Source: Macrostomum lignano
Taxonomy: Eukaryota
Direction of reading: 5' to 3'
Assembly (NCBI GenBank): GCA_002269645.1
Contig: NIVC01001995.1
Coordinates: 151,002 to 215,001, forward strand
DNA: 64,000 nucleotides
A program made the translations under genes and the position numbers. How positions within the stretch are numbered: the stretch's first letter is position 1; each line of letters opens with the position of its first letter. Positions 36,101 through 47,156 of the stretch are shown one piece after another. A model generated the notes under the pieces. The model did not search any database and had not been told where the DNA came from. It was given only the letters and a program-made list of their open reading frames with translations.

Positions 36101-39100
36101 GGGTGAACCTGCTTCGAATAATTCCACAAATATCGGAGGAGTTCGCTAATCCCAACATGATCCCGTTCGTGCTGCCGACTATCCTGCAAATCTCCGAGTC
36201 CGCCTCCGAGGCTGAGTTTAAGGAGCTCATCCTGCCTAAGCTGCTGCCTGTGTTTAAGCTCAGGGAGCCCGTGCAGGTAAGCGTGAGGCTTGGCTGAACT
36301 TATGAAATTATTTTAATAACACCACTATTTTTAATCACTTGGTATAAATGCTTTCTTATCAAACCGAGAGAACCTATTATGTGCATTCTAGCGCAACCTC
36401 CTATGTACATTCTAGCCCAGGCTCCTGTGTACATTCTAGCCCAACCTCCTATGTACATTCTAGCTCAACCTCCTATGCACATTCTTGCCCAACCTCATAT
36501 GTACATTCTTGCCCAGGCTCCTGTGTACATTCTAGCCCAACCTCCTATGTACATTTTAGCCCAACGTCCTATGTACATTATAGCCCAACCTCCTATGTAC
36601 ATTCTAGCCCAACCTCCTATGCACATTCTAGCTCAACCTCCTATGCACATTCTAGCCCAACCTCCTATGTACATTCTAGCTCAACCTCCTATGCACATTC
36701 TTGCCCAACCTCATATGTACATTCTAGCTCAACCTCCTATGTACATTCTTGCCCAACCTCCTATGTACATTCTAGCTCAACCTCCTATGCACATTCTTGC
36801 CCAACCTCATATGTACATTCTTGCCCAGGCTCCTGTGTACATTCTAGCCCAACCTCCTATGTACATTTTAGCCCAACGTCCTATGTACATTATAGCCCAA
36901 CCTCCTATGTACATTCTAGCCCAACCTCCTATGTACATTCTAGCTCAACCTCCTATGTACATTCTAGCCCAACCTCCTATTTACATTCTAGCTCAACCTC
37001 CTATGTACATTCTAGCCCAACCTCCTATGCACATTCTAGCCCAACCTCCTATGTACAGTCTAGCCCAACCTCCTATTTACATTCTAGCTCAACCTCCTAT
37101 GTACATTCTAGCCCAACCTCCTATGCACATTCTAGCCCAACCTCCTATGTACAGTCTAGCCCAACCTCCTATGTACATTCTAGCCCAACCTCCTATGCAC
37201 ATTCTAGCCCAACCTCCTATGTACAGTCTAGCCCAACCTCCTATGTACATTCTAGCCCAACCTCCTATGCACAGTCTAGCCCAACCTCCTATGTACATTC
37301 TAGCCCAACCTCATATGTACATTCTAGCCCAACCTCCTATGCACATTCTAGCCCAACCTCCTATGCACATTCTAGCCCAACCTCCTATGTACAGTCTAGC
37401 CCAACCTCCTATGTACATTCTAGCCCAACCTCCTATGCACATTCTAGCCCAACCTCCTATGTACAGTCTAGCCCAACCTCCTATGTACATTCTAGCCCAA
37501 CCTCCTATGCACATTCTAGCCCAACCTCCTATGTACAGTCTAGCCCAACCTCCTATGTACATTCTAGCCCAACCTCCTATGCACATTCTAGCCCAACCTC
37601 CTATGTACAGTCTAGCCCAACCTCCTATGTACATTCTAGCCCAACCTCCTATGCACATTCTAGCCCAACCTCCTATGTACAGTCTAGCCCAACCTCCTAT
37701 GTACAGTCTAGCCCAACCTCCTATTTACATTCTAGCTCAACCTCCTATGTACATTCTAGCCCAACCTCCTATGCACATTCTAGCCCAACCTCCTATGTAC
37801 AGTCTAGCCCAACCTCCTATGTACATTCTAGCCCAAACTTCTATGTACATTTAAATCAACCTCTTACATATGCATGCACATATAAATAGACTTTTGAAGT
37901 CCAACAGTAATATACTTTATCAGCTGTTCATCGGAAATGTCAGTCAGTGCATTGTTAATAATGGAGCAGATTTTTTAAATACATAGCATTTAATCATTAC
38001 AAATTAAAAATGAAAACGGATGTGTTAATTTTTACTTAAAATCGGCCCTTTCAGCCATGTCGCGTTGTAAGATATGCTAATTAATTGTTACTAAGCCTTG
38101 ATTAATATTGCTTTATTGTTTCTCTTTTGACAGGATTTTTACATTTTGGGAAGTTGCGTTAACTTTGAAAATTACATTTTCATATGTTTAACTTAAAAAT
38201 GAAGTTTTCGTTTTCCACATACTACTTACAGTAGGCAGCCATGTGTAACTCAGCTTTATCTTGCCTGTTTGTTTACAGATCAGCATGATCTGCGTCCAGA
38301 ACATCAAAATCCTTATCGAGAAATGTCCCACGGATGATACTAAAAATCACATCTTGCCAATACTGTTTCGCTCGTTAGATCAGGAATTTGTTGAGCTTCA
38401 GGTGAGCAAAATGGCTTTTAATAATTTAATCATCATAATTGATAATAACTGAAAACAGCTTTCAAAGTTTTTGAAAAATATATTTGAAGTTTTATTTTAG
38501 TGATTAGTAAATATTTTTCTATTAATTTGCTTTCCTTGCTACTTACAAGCTTAAAGTAGTCTAACGCGAAGGTCGTTCAGAGCGACTAAAATTATTTTCC
38601 ATAACAATACTAATGGGATTTTTACACGAATGTGCAGGAGCTCTGCCTGGAGACTCTGCCCACGGTGGCTCACATGCTGGACTACAATACTGTGAAGAAC
38701 TCGGTTGTTAGCAAGCTGAAGACCCTTATCACTGGCCAGTGTTCGCTCAAGGTAATTTGATTTGCTACATCATAAGGAATCGTTTGCCAGACGCGAATTT
38801 TTTAACGAATGTATTAACAATCTCCCCAGATCAAGGTGTCAGCCTTCATGTGCCTGGGCAAGCTGCTGGAGAACATGGACAAGTGGTTCGTGCTAGACGA
38901 AGTGCTGCCGATGCTGCAGAAAGTGCAAAGCCGCGAGCCGGCCATCCTCATGAGCGTGCTGGGCATCTACAAGGTGGCCTTCTCGCATCCCAAGCTCGGC
39001 ATCACCAAGGACATCCTGGCGTCGCGAGTGCTGCCCCACCTGGTGCCACTAACCGTTGAGGCGTCGCTTAACCTGACTCAGTTCAGCGCCTACATGTCGC

Positions 39101-40735
39101 TGGTGCAGGAGATGCTCCGCCAGGTTGAGTCAGAGCAACGGGCCCGGCTGCAGCAGCTCCACGATCTGCAGCAGGAGCAGAAGACTCTGCAGACTAGGGC
39201 CGGCGGGCAGAGTCAGGTGATTTTATGTGACCCTGTCAGTGGAATTCAGTGACCCTTTTAGTGACACATTCAGTGACCCTTTTAGTGACACATTCAGTGA
39301 CCCTTTTAGTGACACATTCAGTGACCCTGTAAGTGGCATTCAGTGACCCTGTCAGTGGCATTCAGTGACCCTGTCAGTGGCATTCAGTGACCCTTTTAGT
39401 GACACATTCAGTGACCCTGTTAGTGGCATTCAGTGACCCTGTCAGTGGCATTCAGTGACCCTGTTAGTAGCATTCAGTGGCCCTGTCGGGCATTCAGTGA
39501 CGCTGTTAGTGGCATTCAGTGGCCCTGTCAGGGGCATTCAGTGACCCTTTAGTGACACCTTCAGTGACCCTGTTAGTGGCATTCAGTGACCCTGTCAGGG
39601 GCATTCAGTGACCCTGTAAGTGGCATTCAGTGACCCTGTCAGTGGAATTCAGTGACCCTTTTAGTGACACATTCAGTGACCCTTTTAGTGACACATTCAG
39701 TGACCCTTTTAGTGACACATTCAGTGACCCTTTTAGTGACACATTCAGTGACCCTCTTAGTGACACATTCAGTGACCCTTTTAGTGGCATTCAGTGACCC
39801 TGTAAGTGGCATTCCGTGACCCTGTAAGTGGCATTCAGTGACACTTTAGTGACACATTTAGTGACCTTGTCAGTGGCATTCAGTGACCTTTTTAGTGACA
39901 CATTCAGTGACCCTGTTAGTGGCATTCAGTGACCCTGTCAGTGGCATTCAGTGACCCTTTAGTGACCCTGTCAGTGACATTCAGTGACCCTGTTAGTGAC
40001 ATTCAGTGACCCTGTTAGTGACACATTCGGTGACCTCTTAGTGATGCACTCAGTGAACCTCTTAGTGATGCACTCAGTGAACCTGTTAGTGACACTCAGT
40101 GACCCTTTCATCTACGCACTCAGTGACCCTGTTAGCAGGCCAACCGCAATGCCGAAACCCGCTCCGCAGGCCCTGGTGCCGGCCACCGGCTCAGGCCAGC
40201 CCAGCATCATGGACTCGTTCATGTCCGGCCTGGGCCCGATGCAGCAGCAGCGAGCAACTAATGGCAGCAGCGGTGGTGGTGGCGGCGGCAGCGGCCGGTT
40301 GGCTCTGCCGTCAAATGTCCCGACGACGGCGGCGACTCCGGCGACACCGCTGAGCCTGGAGGACAAGCGTCGGCTGGCTCGCGAGCAGGAGGCGGTGGAC
40401 ACGATGCGGTCCCACGGGCCGCTGAGGCCGCAGGCCAACCAGCAGCAGCAGCAGATGCGAGCAATCGAAGCGCCAAAGGACCTGACTCGGTCATTAATGG
40501 AGCGCAACGCCAACTCGCTGATGAGCAGCAGCTCCCAGCAGCAGCCGCAGCAGCAGCAGCGGGCAATCGGCTGGCACGGCCAGCAGACCGTGGCGCCGCC
40601 TTCCGGTCCAGCAGCCGCTCCTCCGTCCTTTCACATTGGCGGCGCCACTGCTGGCAATCCGTTTTCTTTCCCGGCACCCCAGCAGCAGCAGCAGCAGCAG
40701 CAGTCGCTAAACATGGCTCCCCTTGACAACCTGTT

Positions 40736-40769
<34 letters not shown>

Positions 40770-40937
40770 TTCGTCGGCGGAGCTGCCAGGCCTTCGCTGA
40801 ACCAGCTGGCATCGTCGTCGTCGACAGCGCCGCCGGGCTTTGGCGGCGTCCGGCCTCAGTCAGCAATGATGCAGCAGCAGCAGCAGCCTCCGCCTAAGCC
40901 GCTGTCCAATCAGGACTTGGCAGACTTGCTAGGCTAG
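33180..40937 (+). CDS. SCYL2: SCY1-like pseudokinase 2 (CVAK104). Exons 33180-33332, 33414-33545, 34162-34535, 35247-35649, 36100-36276, 38279-38401, 38638-38751, 38830-39216, 40170-40937 (~876 aa)
   Basis: Motifs: PGNPITREY, KKSTKQ|EASVWMFDKK, LTRLRHPKILS|VVASLEESRESLAFATEP, DVEIKYGLLQ, LHGNFCPESIV, NYLAPE, DNLAKSQFYKGL, MDKWFVLDEVLP, REPAILMSVLGIY, LNLTQFSAYMSLV. All junctions are GT-AG and in phase. The last acceptor (40169) is the least certain. Confidence 0.95.
33688..34132. repeat. 33-bp minisatellite in SCYL2 intron 2, ~13 copies
   Basis: CCTGAAGCGGCAATCATCACTCCCATTGAAATC repeated. Confidence 0.95.
34572..35180. repeat. 35-bp minisatellite in SCYL2 intron 3, ~17 copies
   Basis: CAGGGTCACAAGCGCGCATT(A/T)GATAGAATCGCGCT with period 35. 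Confidence 0.95.
36379..37850. repeat. 24-bp minisatellite in SCYL2 intron 5, ~60 copies
   Basis: CATTCTAGCCCAACCTCCTATG(T/C)A with higher-order variant patterns. Confidence 0.97.
39225..40130. repeat. 22/24-bp minisatellite in SCYL2 intron 8
   Basis: Interspersed units CAGTGACCCTGTTAGTGGCATT and CAGTGACCCTTTTAGTGACACATT. Confidence 0.95.
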
Positions 40938-41660
40938 CAACCAACTGTACGAATAAGTATGCGCTAAAGCTGCCGATGTTCTTTTAAATGGGGACCCGTT
41001 TTTATTAAACTGCTAATAGGAATCACAAGGGGCAAGTTAAGCAGAGTTGACTGCGGTTAGCAGCTACACCTTGATAATCCCCAGTGCCAGTCAGTCAATA
41101 ATCAGTATCTGTGTTTCCTACTATATTCAATATTATTAATTGAGTAAATTATTAATAGCTCGTAAAATCGAAATTAATGATTCGAAATTTTATGGATAAT
41201 TGTTTTTTTTGCTTTGACTATCGCTCCAGCCTATATAGAATAATTAATAATCGATATGTTTTTATTGTTTTTTCTGCTTTTCCTTTTTTATCTGTGAACA
41301 CTATATTTTTAATTGCGCTTTGTTTATATTTATTACGGGATGTAAAAGTAAATTCTAAAAGTGAAATTGCTTTTGTCCTATTTAGTGAGTGCGAGTGAGT
41401 GTGTAAAATGGTAAAATTTAAAAGGGATTTCTGTCAATCTCTGGATACAGCCACTCCACTGGTCAGAGATTTCTGTTTTTACCATAGACAGTGGGCCGTG
41501 AAAGCACTAATATGAATAAATGTAGGCTGCTCAGGCAGAATCCTGAGTCTCTGCTCCTTTCAGCCCATCAGCGTTGACACAATTTCCCAATAGACCCAAT
41601 ATAATTCCAATTTATCCAAGAAAACTGACAATTCGTTAATAGATTGAGTAATAATAAATT

Positions 41661-41957
41661 AATAATTGATTGCACCTGTCCTAACGGGGCAGATGTGCAA
41701 CCGACAGTTCAGCCGCAGCTATTTGCGCGGCGCATCTGAAGGCTGCGTACGGCTGTTCAATCCAGGGACTGGGGGGTCGCCACACACAGCCTCAATTACC
41801 CGAGCTAATGCTGGCGCCCATTTTACAGCTGGGTGAACTGAAGCAATGCAGAGTTAAGTGTCTTGCTCAAGGACACAAGTTGTTCCGACTGGATCGGGAA
41901 TCGAACCCCCGACCTTTTAGTCACGAGTCCGACGCTCTGGCCACTAGGCTACAACAG
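41661..41957 (-). mobile_element. tRNA-derived CORE-like SINE, family B, copy 2
   Basis: Reverse complement of 14578-14900 with scattered substitutions. The head resembles tRNA-Thr(CGT). Confidence 0.85.
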
Positions 41958-43456
41958 ATGAGCAAAGTATTCTAATCGAATCGCTAGGGTGATGAAGCTT
42001 AGTACAAACTATTATATCACATGTTTAGTCTGTTATGTCATGTTGTTACCATACTACTCATAGGTTAACAAAATTGTTCGATTAACACTCAAATATGTAG
42101 TTTTTTTAGCATTATTAATAGCTATTCTATTTATTTTGTTGTCAAAAGTGCATGTACTTCCGTCTTTAATATAAGCATCAGCTAAATATGAGTCTGATGA
42201 AAACTGTGCGCATAATTGAATAGAGTTTCCATTTATCACACCTGTATTACATGCTAGAGTTTGTTTGCGATTGCACGCCAGATAAATTTTATGAGCTAGC
42301 AAAGACATTCCACCCGTGGGTTCCGCATGGTGCACTGGGCCTGGTACAGCACTTGGTGGTGGAGCTTTATATTTTGAAGGTTTTGCTGCTAAAGATTTGG
42401 ATAGAGTTAATTATTTGCATGTTTTAGCTTGGGATTTGTGCTCTTTGGTCCCTAGTTGTTGTTGAGACTTGCCCTGCATTTTGTGTACCTGTGTTGTGTA
42501 TCCGCTGTTTCCTTATTAGTACATGCGACTGCTTAAAAATATATATACAGAGTATGAGAGCTCGCGTCTGCCTTTCTATCGTACTCATAATTCCTAATTG
42601 TGAAATTAATTCGCTTAATTCGCAGGCTTCGAGTTTTTGTTAATTGATAAGGACGCCACACTCATAAAATCATTGAAAATTTCGCGTCATTTCAATATCG
42701 AATTTGGCAATTAAATTGACTTCAATTTTGGCAATCCCATAGGCATTACGTTATGTCTATGGCCAACTGTGGCAGAATCAGTTAAGGTGTGCATTTAACT
42801 TTAGCTAAAGTAAGAACATTTTGGCAACACGGTCATCTTAGCGGCAAACTTTAACAAATAAGAAAGAGAAGTATAGAGCAGCTCCTGATTCAGTGATCCA
42901 AATGTCACTGAAAACCATTTGTGATCAAATGTCACTTAGAGGTTGAATGCTCGTTTTAACTGATTCTGCATTATAGCCCTCCGGAGCGAAAGTGTTAATA
43001 TTCACGACCCTTTACCGTGAAGATCGGCCCCTTTTGTGATGCTCAAATGGCAACTCTAGTGCTTGATGAATAACGAAGCTCGTATATCTTGCTTTGCTTG
43101 TTTATTTGGCTTTAGGACTACAATATATTAATATAGACTGGCTGTTGAGGACTGAAATGAACTGCAACGCGCCGAGGCTTTTCAGTTCATTTCAGTCCGA
43201 ACAGCCAGTCCATATTAGTGTTATGGGTAGGCTGAAGCGCGGACGCACAACGCGGTTTCACGTCCACAGAAACTGTCTATGGTTGAAAAAGCTTTAGCTA
43301 TATGCTTCGTGGCGGTTTCGCAGTCCGCGGAGACTGTCTATGGTTGAAACCCAATAGAGTTTGAAGCATTCTTCTCCTGGTGGGTGGGAGAGAAAATAAG
43401 ATTTAAACAGCTTTAAGGTTCGGAATTAGCCATGTTTCACTGGGAATCAATATTGC

Positions 43457-43863
43457 TTTTGTCAGCCTAACTGAGAATTTTTAGCCTAGCAAAGTGATAA
43501 AAAGCCATCCAATGTGAGAATCGATTGGTCTATGCGTCGTATTCTTTTATTTTTATACCTTCTGAGCCATATGACTAGCCAATAGCTTGAACGGAATAAC
43601 GGAAACAGGAACACACTGGATGATGTCTTTTTAAAACTTTGCTTGTCCTTTATAGTCTATGGCTCATAGACTAGGCTGGACGCAGCTAGGCCCTTCGTAT
43701 TCAGCGTAGGCAGGATTCTCACATTAAATGGCTTTTTATCACTTTGCTTATCCTTTATAGTCTATGGCCCATAGACTAAGGCTGCACGCAGCCAGGCCCT
43801 TCGCAGTCAGCGTAGGCAGGATTCTCACTTTGGATGGCTTTATTCTCAGTTAGGCTGACAAAA
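43457..43863. mobile_element. ~400-bp foldback/MITE-like element with an internal ~104-bp duplication
   Basis: Perfect 22-bp IR TTTTGTCAGCCTAACTGAGAAT (43457-43478; 43842-43863). No clear TSD. Confidence 0.55.
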
Positions 43864-44187
43864 CCTATACTAGACGAAGATATTAGCGGTTTAGAAATGA
43901 ATGATATTGAGTTTCTGCAGCAACTTGGACATCGTGATCCTGGTGAAGAAGTTAGTCAGTGGACCGGTGTGACCGTAAGACAGCAGGAGTTGATTGACGC
44001 AGAATTGTCCAATCCAAGCATTCTGAATAATGCAGAGCTTCTGCGGGAACTGACGGAAGAAGAGGAAGCTGCTGTGCAAGACGTCGAAGAGGCTGCCAAA
44101 GGCAAATCGACCACGGATCAAACCGCTCTCCATGTGAAGCGCTTCAAAAAATATCTGGTATTGAGATTCAAAAAACTATTGAGGTAA
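43864..44187 (+). pseudogene. ORF fragment resembling the N-terminal core-binding region of Crypton-type recombinases
   Basis: ELTEEEEAAVQDVEEAAKGKSTTDQTALHVKRFKKYL loosely fits the S.nT...T.w.v..F..w pattern. No catalytic motifs are present. Confidence 0.3.
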
Positions 44188-44501
44188 CTATTGATGAACT
44201 CTCCAGCCACATATCATTTTGAGCTTCCAAGCGTTATTTACTGAATTATTTCGTTTACTTCGTGTTTCATTCCTGTTGTGTTTGGTCTTGTGTTTGTTGG
44301 CAGTGAAATATACAGTGGCTTTAAGTGATGAATTGAATATAATTGAAATATGCTTCAACCATAGACAGTGACGGCGGACAAATGTAGAGCGTTTCAATCG
44401 CGTTTCAACCCAGGCAGCCTACCCATAATTAGTGATAGCGGGGCTTGTAACAAGATAATAAAGCTAGGACACTTATATATTAGGAGGGATGAGGGAGGCG
44501 G

Positions 44502-45698
44502 CATTTGGGCGCAGCAGCCATAGACTAATGCACGAGCGTATGTCATGTCTCCCTCCAGAAGGAAAGAGTTTAACTGTCTCCGAACAATGTAAACTTTATG
44601 TTAGGAACTCAACAGATTACTTGATAACTATTTCATTTCGGTCACTCGTAATGTGTAGCTAATGCATTTGGGCGCAGCGGCCATAGACTAATGCACGAGC
44701 GTATGTCATGTCTCCCTCCAGAAGGAAAGAGTTTAACTATGTCTCCGAACAATGTAAACTTTATGTTAGGAACTCAACAGATTACTTGATAACTATTTCA
44801 TTTTGGTCACTCGTAATGTGTAGCTAATGCATTTGGGCGCAGCGGCCATAGACTAATGCACGAGCGTATGTCATGTCTCCCTCCAGAAGGAAAGAGTTTA
44901 ACTATGTCTCCGAACAATGTAAACTTTATGTTAGGAACTCAACAGATTACTTGATAACTATTTCATTTTGGTCACTCGTAATGTGTAGCTAATGCATTTG
45001 GGCGCAGCGGCCATAGACTAATGCACGAGCGTATGTCATGTCTCCCTCCAGAAGGAAAGAGTTTAACTATGTCTCCGAACAATGTAAACTTTATGTTAGG
45101 AACTCAACAGATTACTTGATAACTATTTCATTTTGGTCACTCGTAATGTGTAGCTAATGTATTTGGGCGCAGCGGCCATAGACTAATGCACGAGCGTATG
45201 TCATGTCTCCCTCCAGAAGGAAAGAGTTTAACTATGTCTCCGAACAATGTAAACTTTATGTTAGGAACTCAACAGATTACTTGATAACTATTTCATTTTG
45301 GTCACTCGTAATGTGTAGCTAATGCATTTGGGCGCAGCGGCCATAGACTAATGCACGAGCGTATGTCATGTCTCCCTCCAGAAGGAAAGAGTTTAACTAT
45401 GTCTCCGAACAATGTAAACTTTATGTTAGGAACTCAACAGATTACTTGATAACTATTTCATTTTGGTCACTCGTAATGTGTAGCTAATGCATTTGGGCGC
45501 AGCGGCCATAGACTAATGCACGAGCGTATGTCATGTCTCCCTCCAGAAGGAAAGAGTTTAACTATGTCTCCGAACAATGTAAACTTTATGTTAGGAACTC
45601 AACAGATTACTTGATAACTATTTCATTTTGGTCACTCGTAATGTGTAGCTAATGCATTTGGGCGCATCGGCCATAGACTAATGCACGAGCGTATGTCA
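44502..45698. repeat. 165-bp tandem satellite, ~7.2 nearly identical copies
   Basis: Units start CATTTGGGCGCAGCGGCCATAGAC at 44502, 44665, 44830, 44995, 45160, 45325, 45490, 45655. Confidence 0.97.
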
Positions 45699-46724
45699 CC
45701 TTTCAAAGGGGGCAATTGCGGTATCGCAAACGAACACAGACGTCGGCTGTACTCCCAAGAAGAGTTCTCTTTTCCTGCTTGTGTGGAGATATACCCTGGT
45801 CGATAGGTGGGATAAGCTGCTTGAAATCGAGATAACAGTATAAATATATAATATGGTTACGTAAAGTTTGCTCTTCATGGCCAGATTAATCAAGATTTTG
45901 TGCCCCTTGCGTCGCCAATATTTTGAGCGTGCAGTGTGCTTAGCCACGCAGAATTACCGATCGCAGCATCTGCTGCTAGCAGCTCGATATCTTTGGCCAG
46001 CAGCTGCCCCAGTGCGTAGCCTAAGTCTATTAGCGTCGCATATTAAATGAAGTTACACGCGGACGTCTGCGAGAACTCCAGGCGATATCTGGACTCACTG
46101 AACAGTGGGGCACTTGTAAAAGTATATTAGAGCTTTCATGTGGAGTGGGACTCTTACAGTATCCTGTCAAGTCGCTCTTATTGCCATTTTTGCTGCTTTC
46201 AGTACTCCATCTTTTCTTCTTTTAGACGGTCCCTCTCGCCTGCAGTCTCAATATCTCGCAAGTTGGAGAAGCCATCGATCAGCCTTGCCCAGAATTTAGA
46301 TGTGGCCCAGCTAGCTGAATGGTTGGTAGCGGATAAGCGAACTCCGCTAAAGCAGCATTCTGTATTGGCAGTTTCAGCCTGTAAGAGAAAACAGCTTCGA
46401 ACCGTCGGATACACTCTGTCCGTTGCGAGCAAAGGCAACCTGTAGTAAAAATGCTAATGCTCCCTCTAACTGATTATTTATTGCCTCCCAGTCAGGACGC
46501 AACAATCTTGCGAATCGAGCATTTAAATTTGCATATTTAGAAGATAATCTTCGGAGGCAGCTGGTGGCTCTGCCTATCATTTCCGTCCTTAATACGAGGG
46601 GTGTCCCAAAAATAGTGGGAAAAAATGATCCACAGACTGACTACAAAATCAGAATTTAAGTAGAAGATATTGAAGTTGTATTTAACCACTTGAGCTCCGC
46701 TTGAAATCCAAAGCACACTGAAAA

Positions 46725-47156
46725 AACCCACTGGCTGCAGAGCGGCCATAGACAATTCTAACCCCAGATTCACTCACCCCGAGCCTACCCGATAGAACCA
46801 TGTAGACAAAGTCGAAGACTGATAAAATCTGTGTTCTTGACTCTTTGGTACCAGTAGCTTCGTTTGTTTGTACCTGTTCTGTTTTTCTATCTACAGCAAA
46901 ATAATTGTTTGACATACTTAATACTTGGTATGCAAGAAATTTTTCTTAGGACCCAGTCAAAAATGTTCAGCTTTTCTATTTCAACGACTCTGATCGTCCT
47001 GAGTCGACGACTCTTTTCCTCCTCTGATGGCTGCTCTGCAGCCATATCGGGGATTCTCAGGGTGACTTAAAATCGGGCCATAGACGGCAGAATTCGAGCA
47101 AATGTCAATGGGAATATCGGAGGTTAGAAAATGGCTGCTCTGCAGCCACTGGGTTC
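46725..47156. repeat. Inverted pair, possible small MITE
   Basis: CCCACTGGCTGCAGAGCGGCC at ~46727 versus GGCTGCTCTGCAGCCACTGGG at ~47133. Confidence 0.4.

Noticed and set aside
36348-37889. 513-aa and 491-aa repetitive proteins (SSPTSYVH / YILAQPPM)
   Set aside because: A stop-free 24-bp unit leaves two frames open. It lies within SCYL2 intron 5, whose flanking exons join in phase.
40112-40866. Antisense ORFs over the SCYL2 last exon (similarly over the PRPF4 and DEG/ENaC exons)
   Set aside because: These are shadow ORFs of GC-rich, CAG/GGC-repeat coding sequence.
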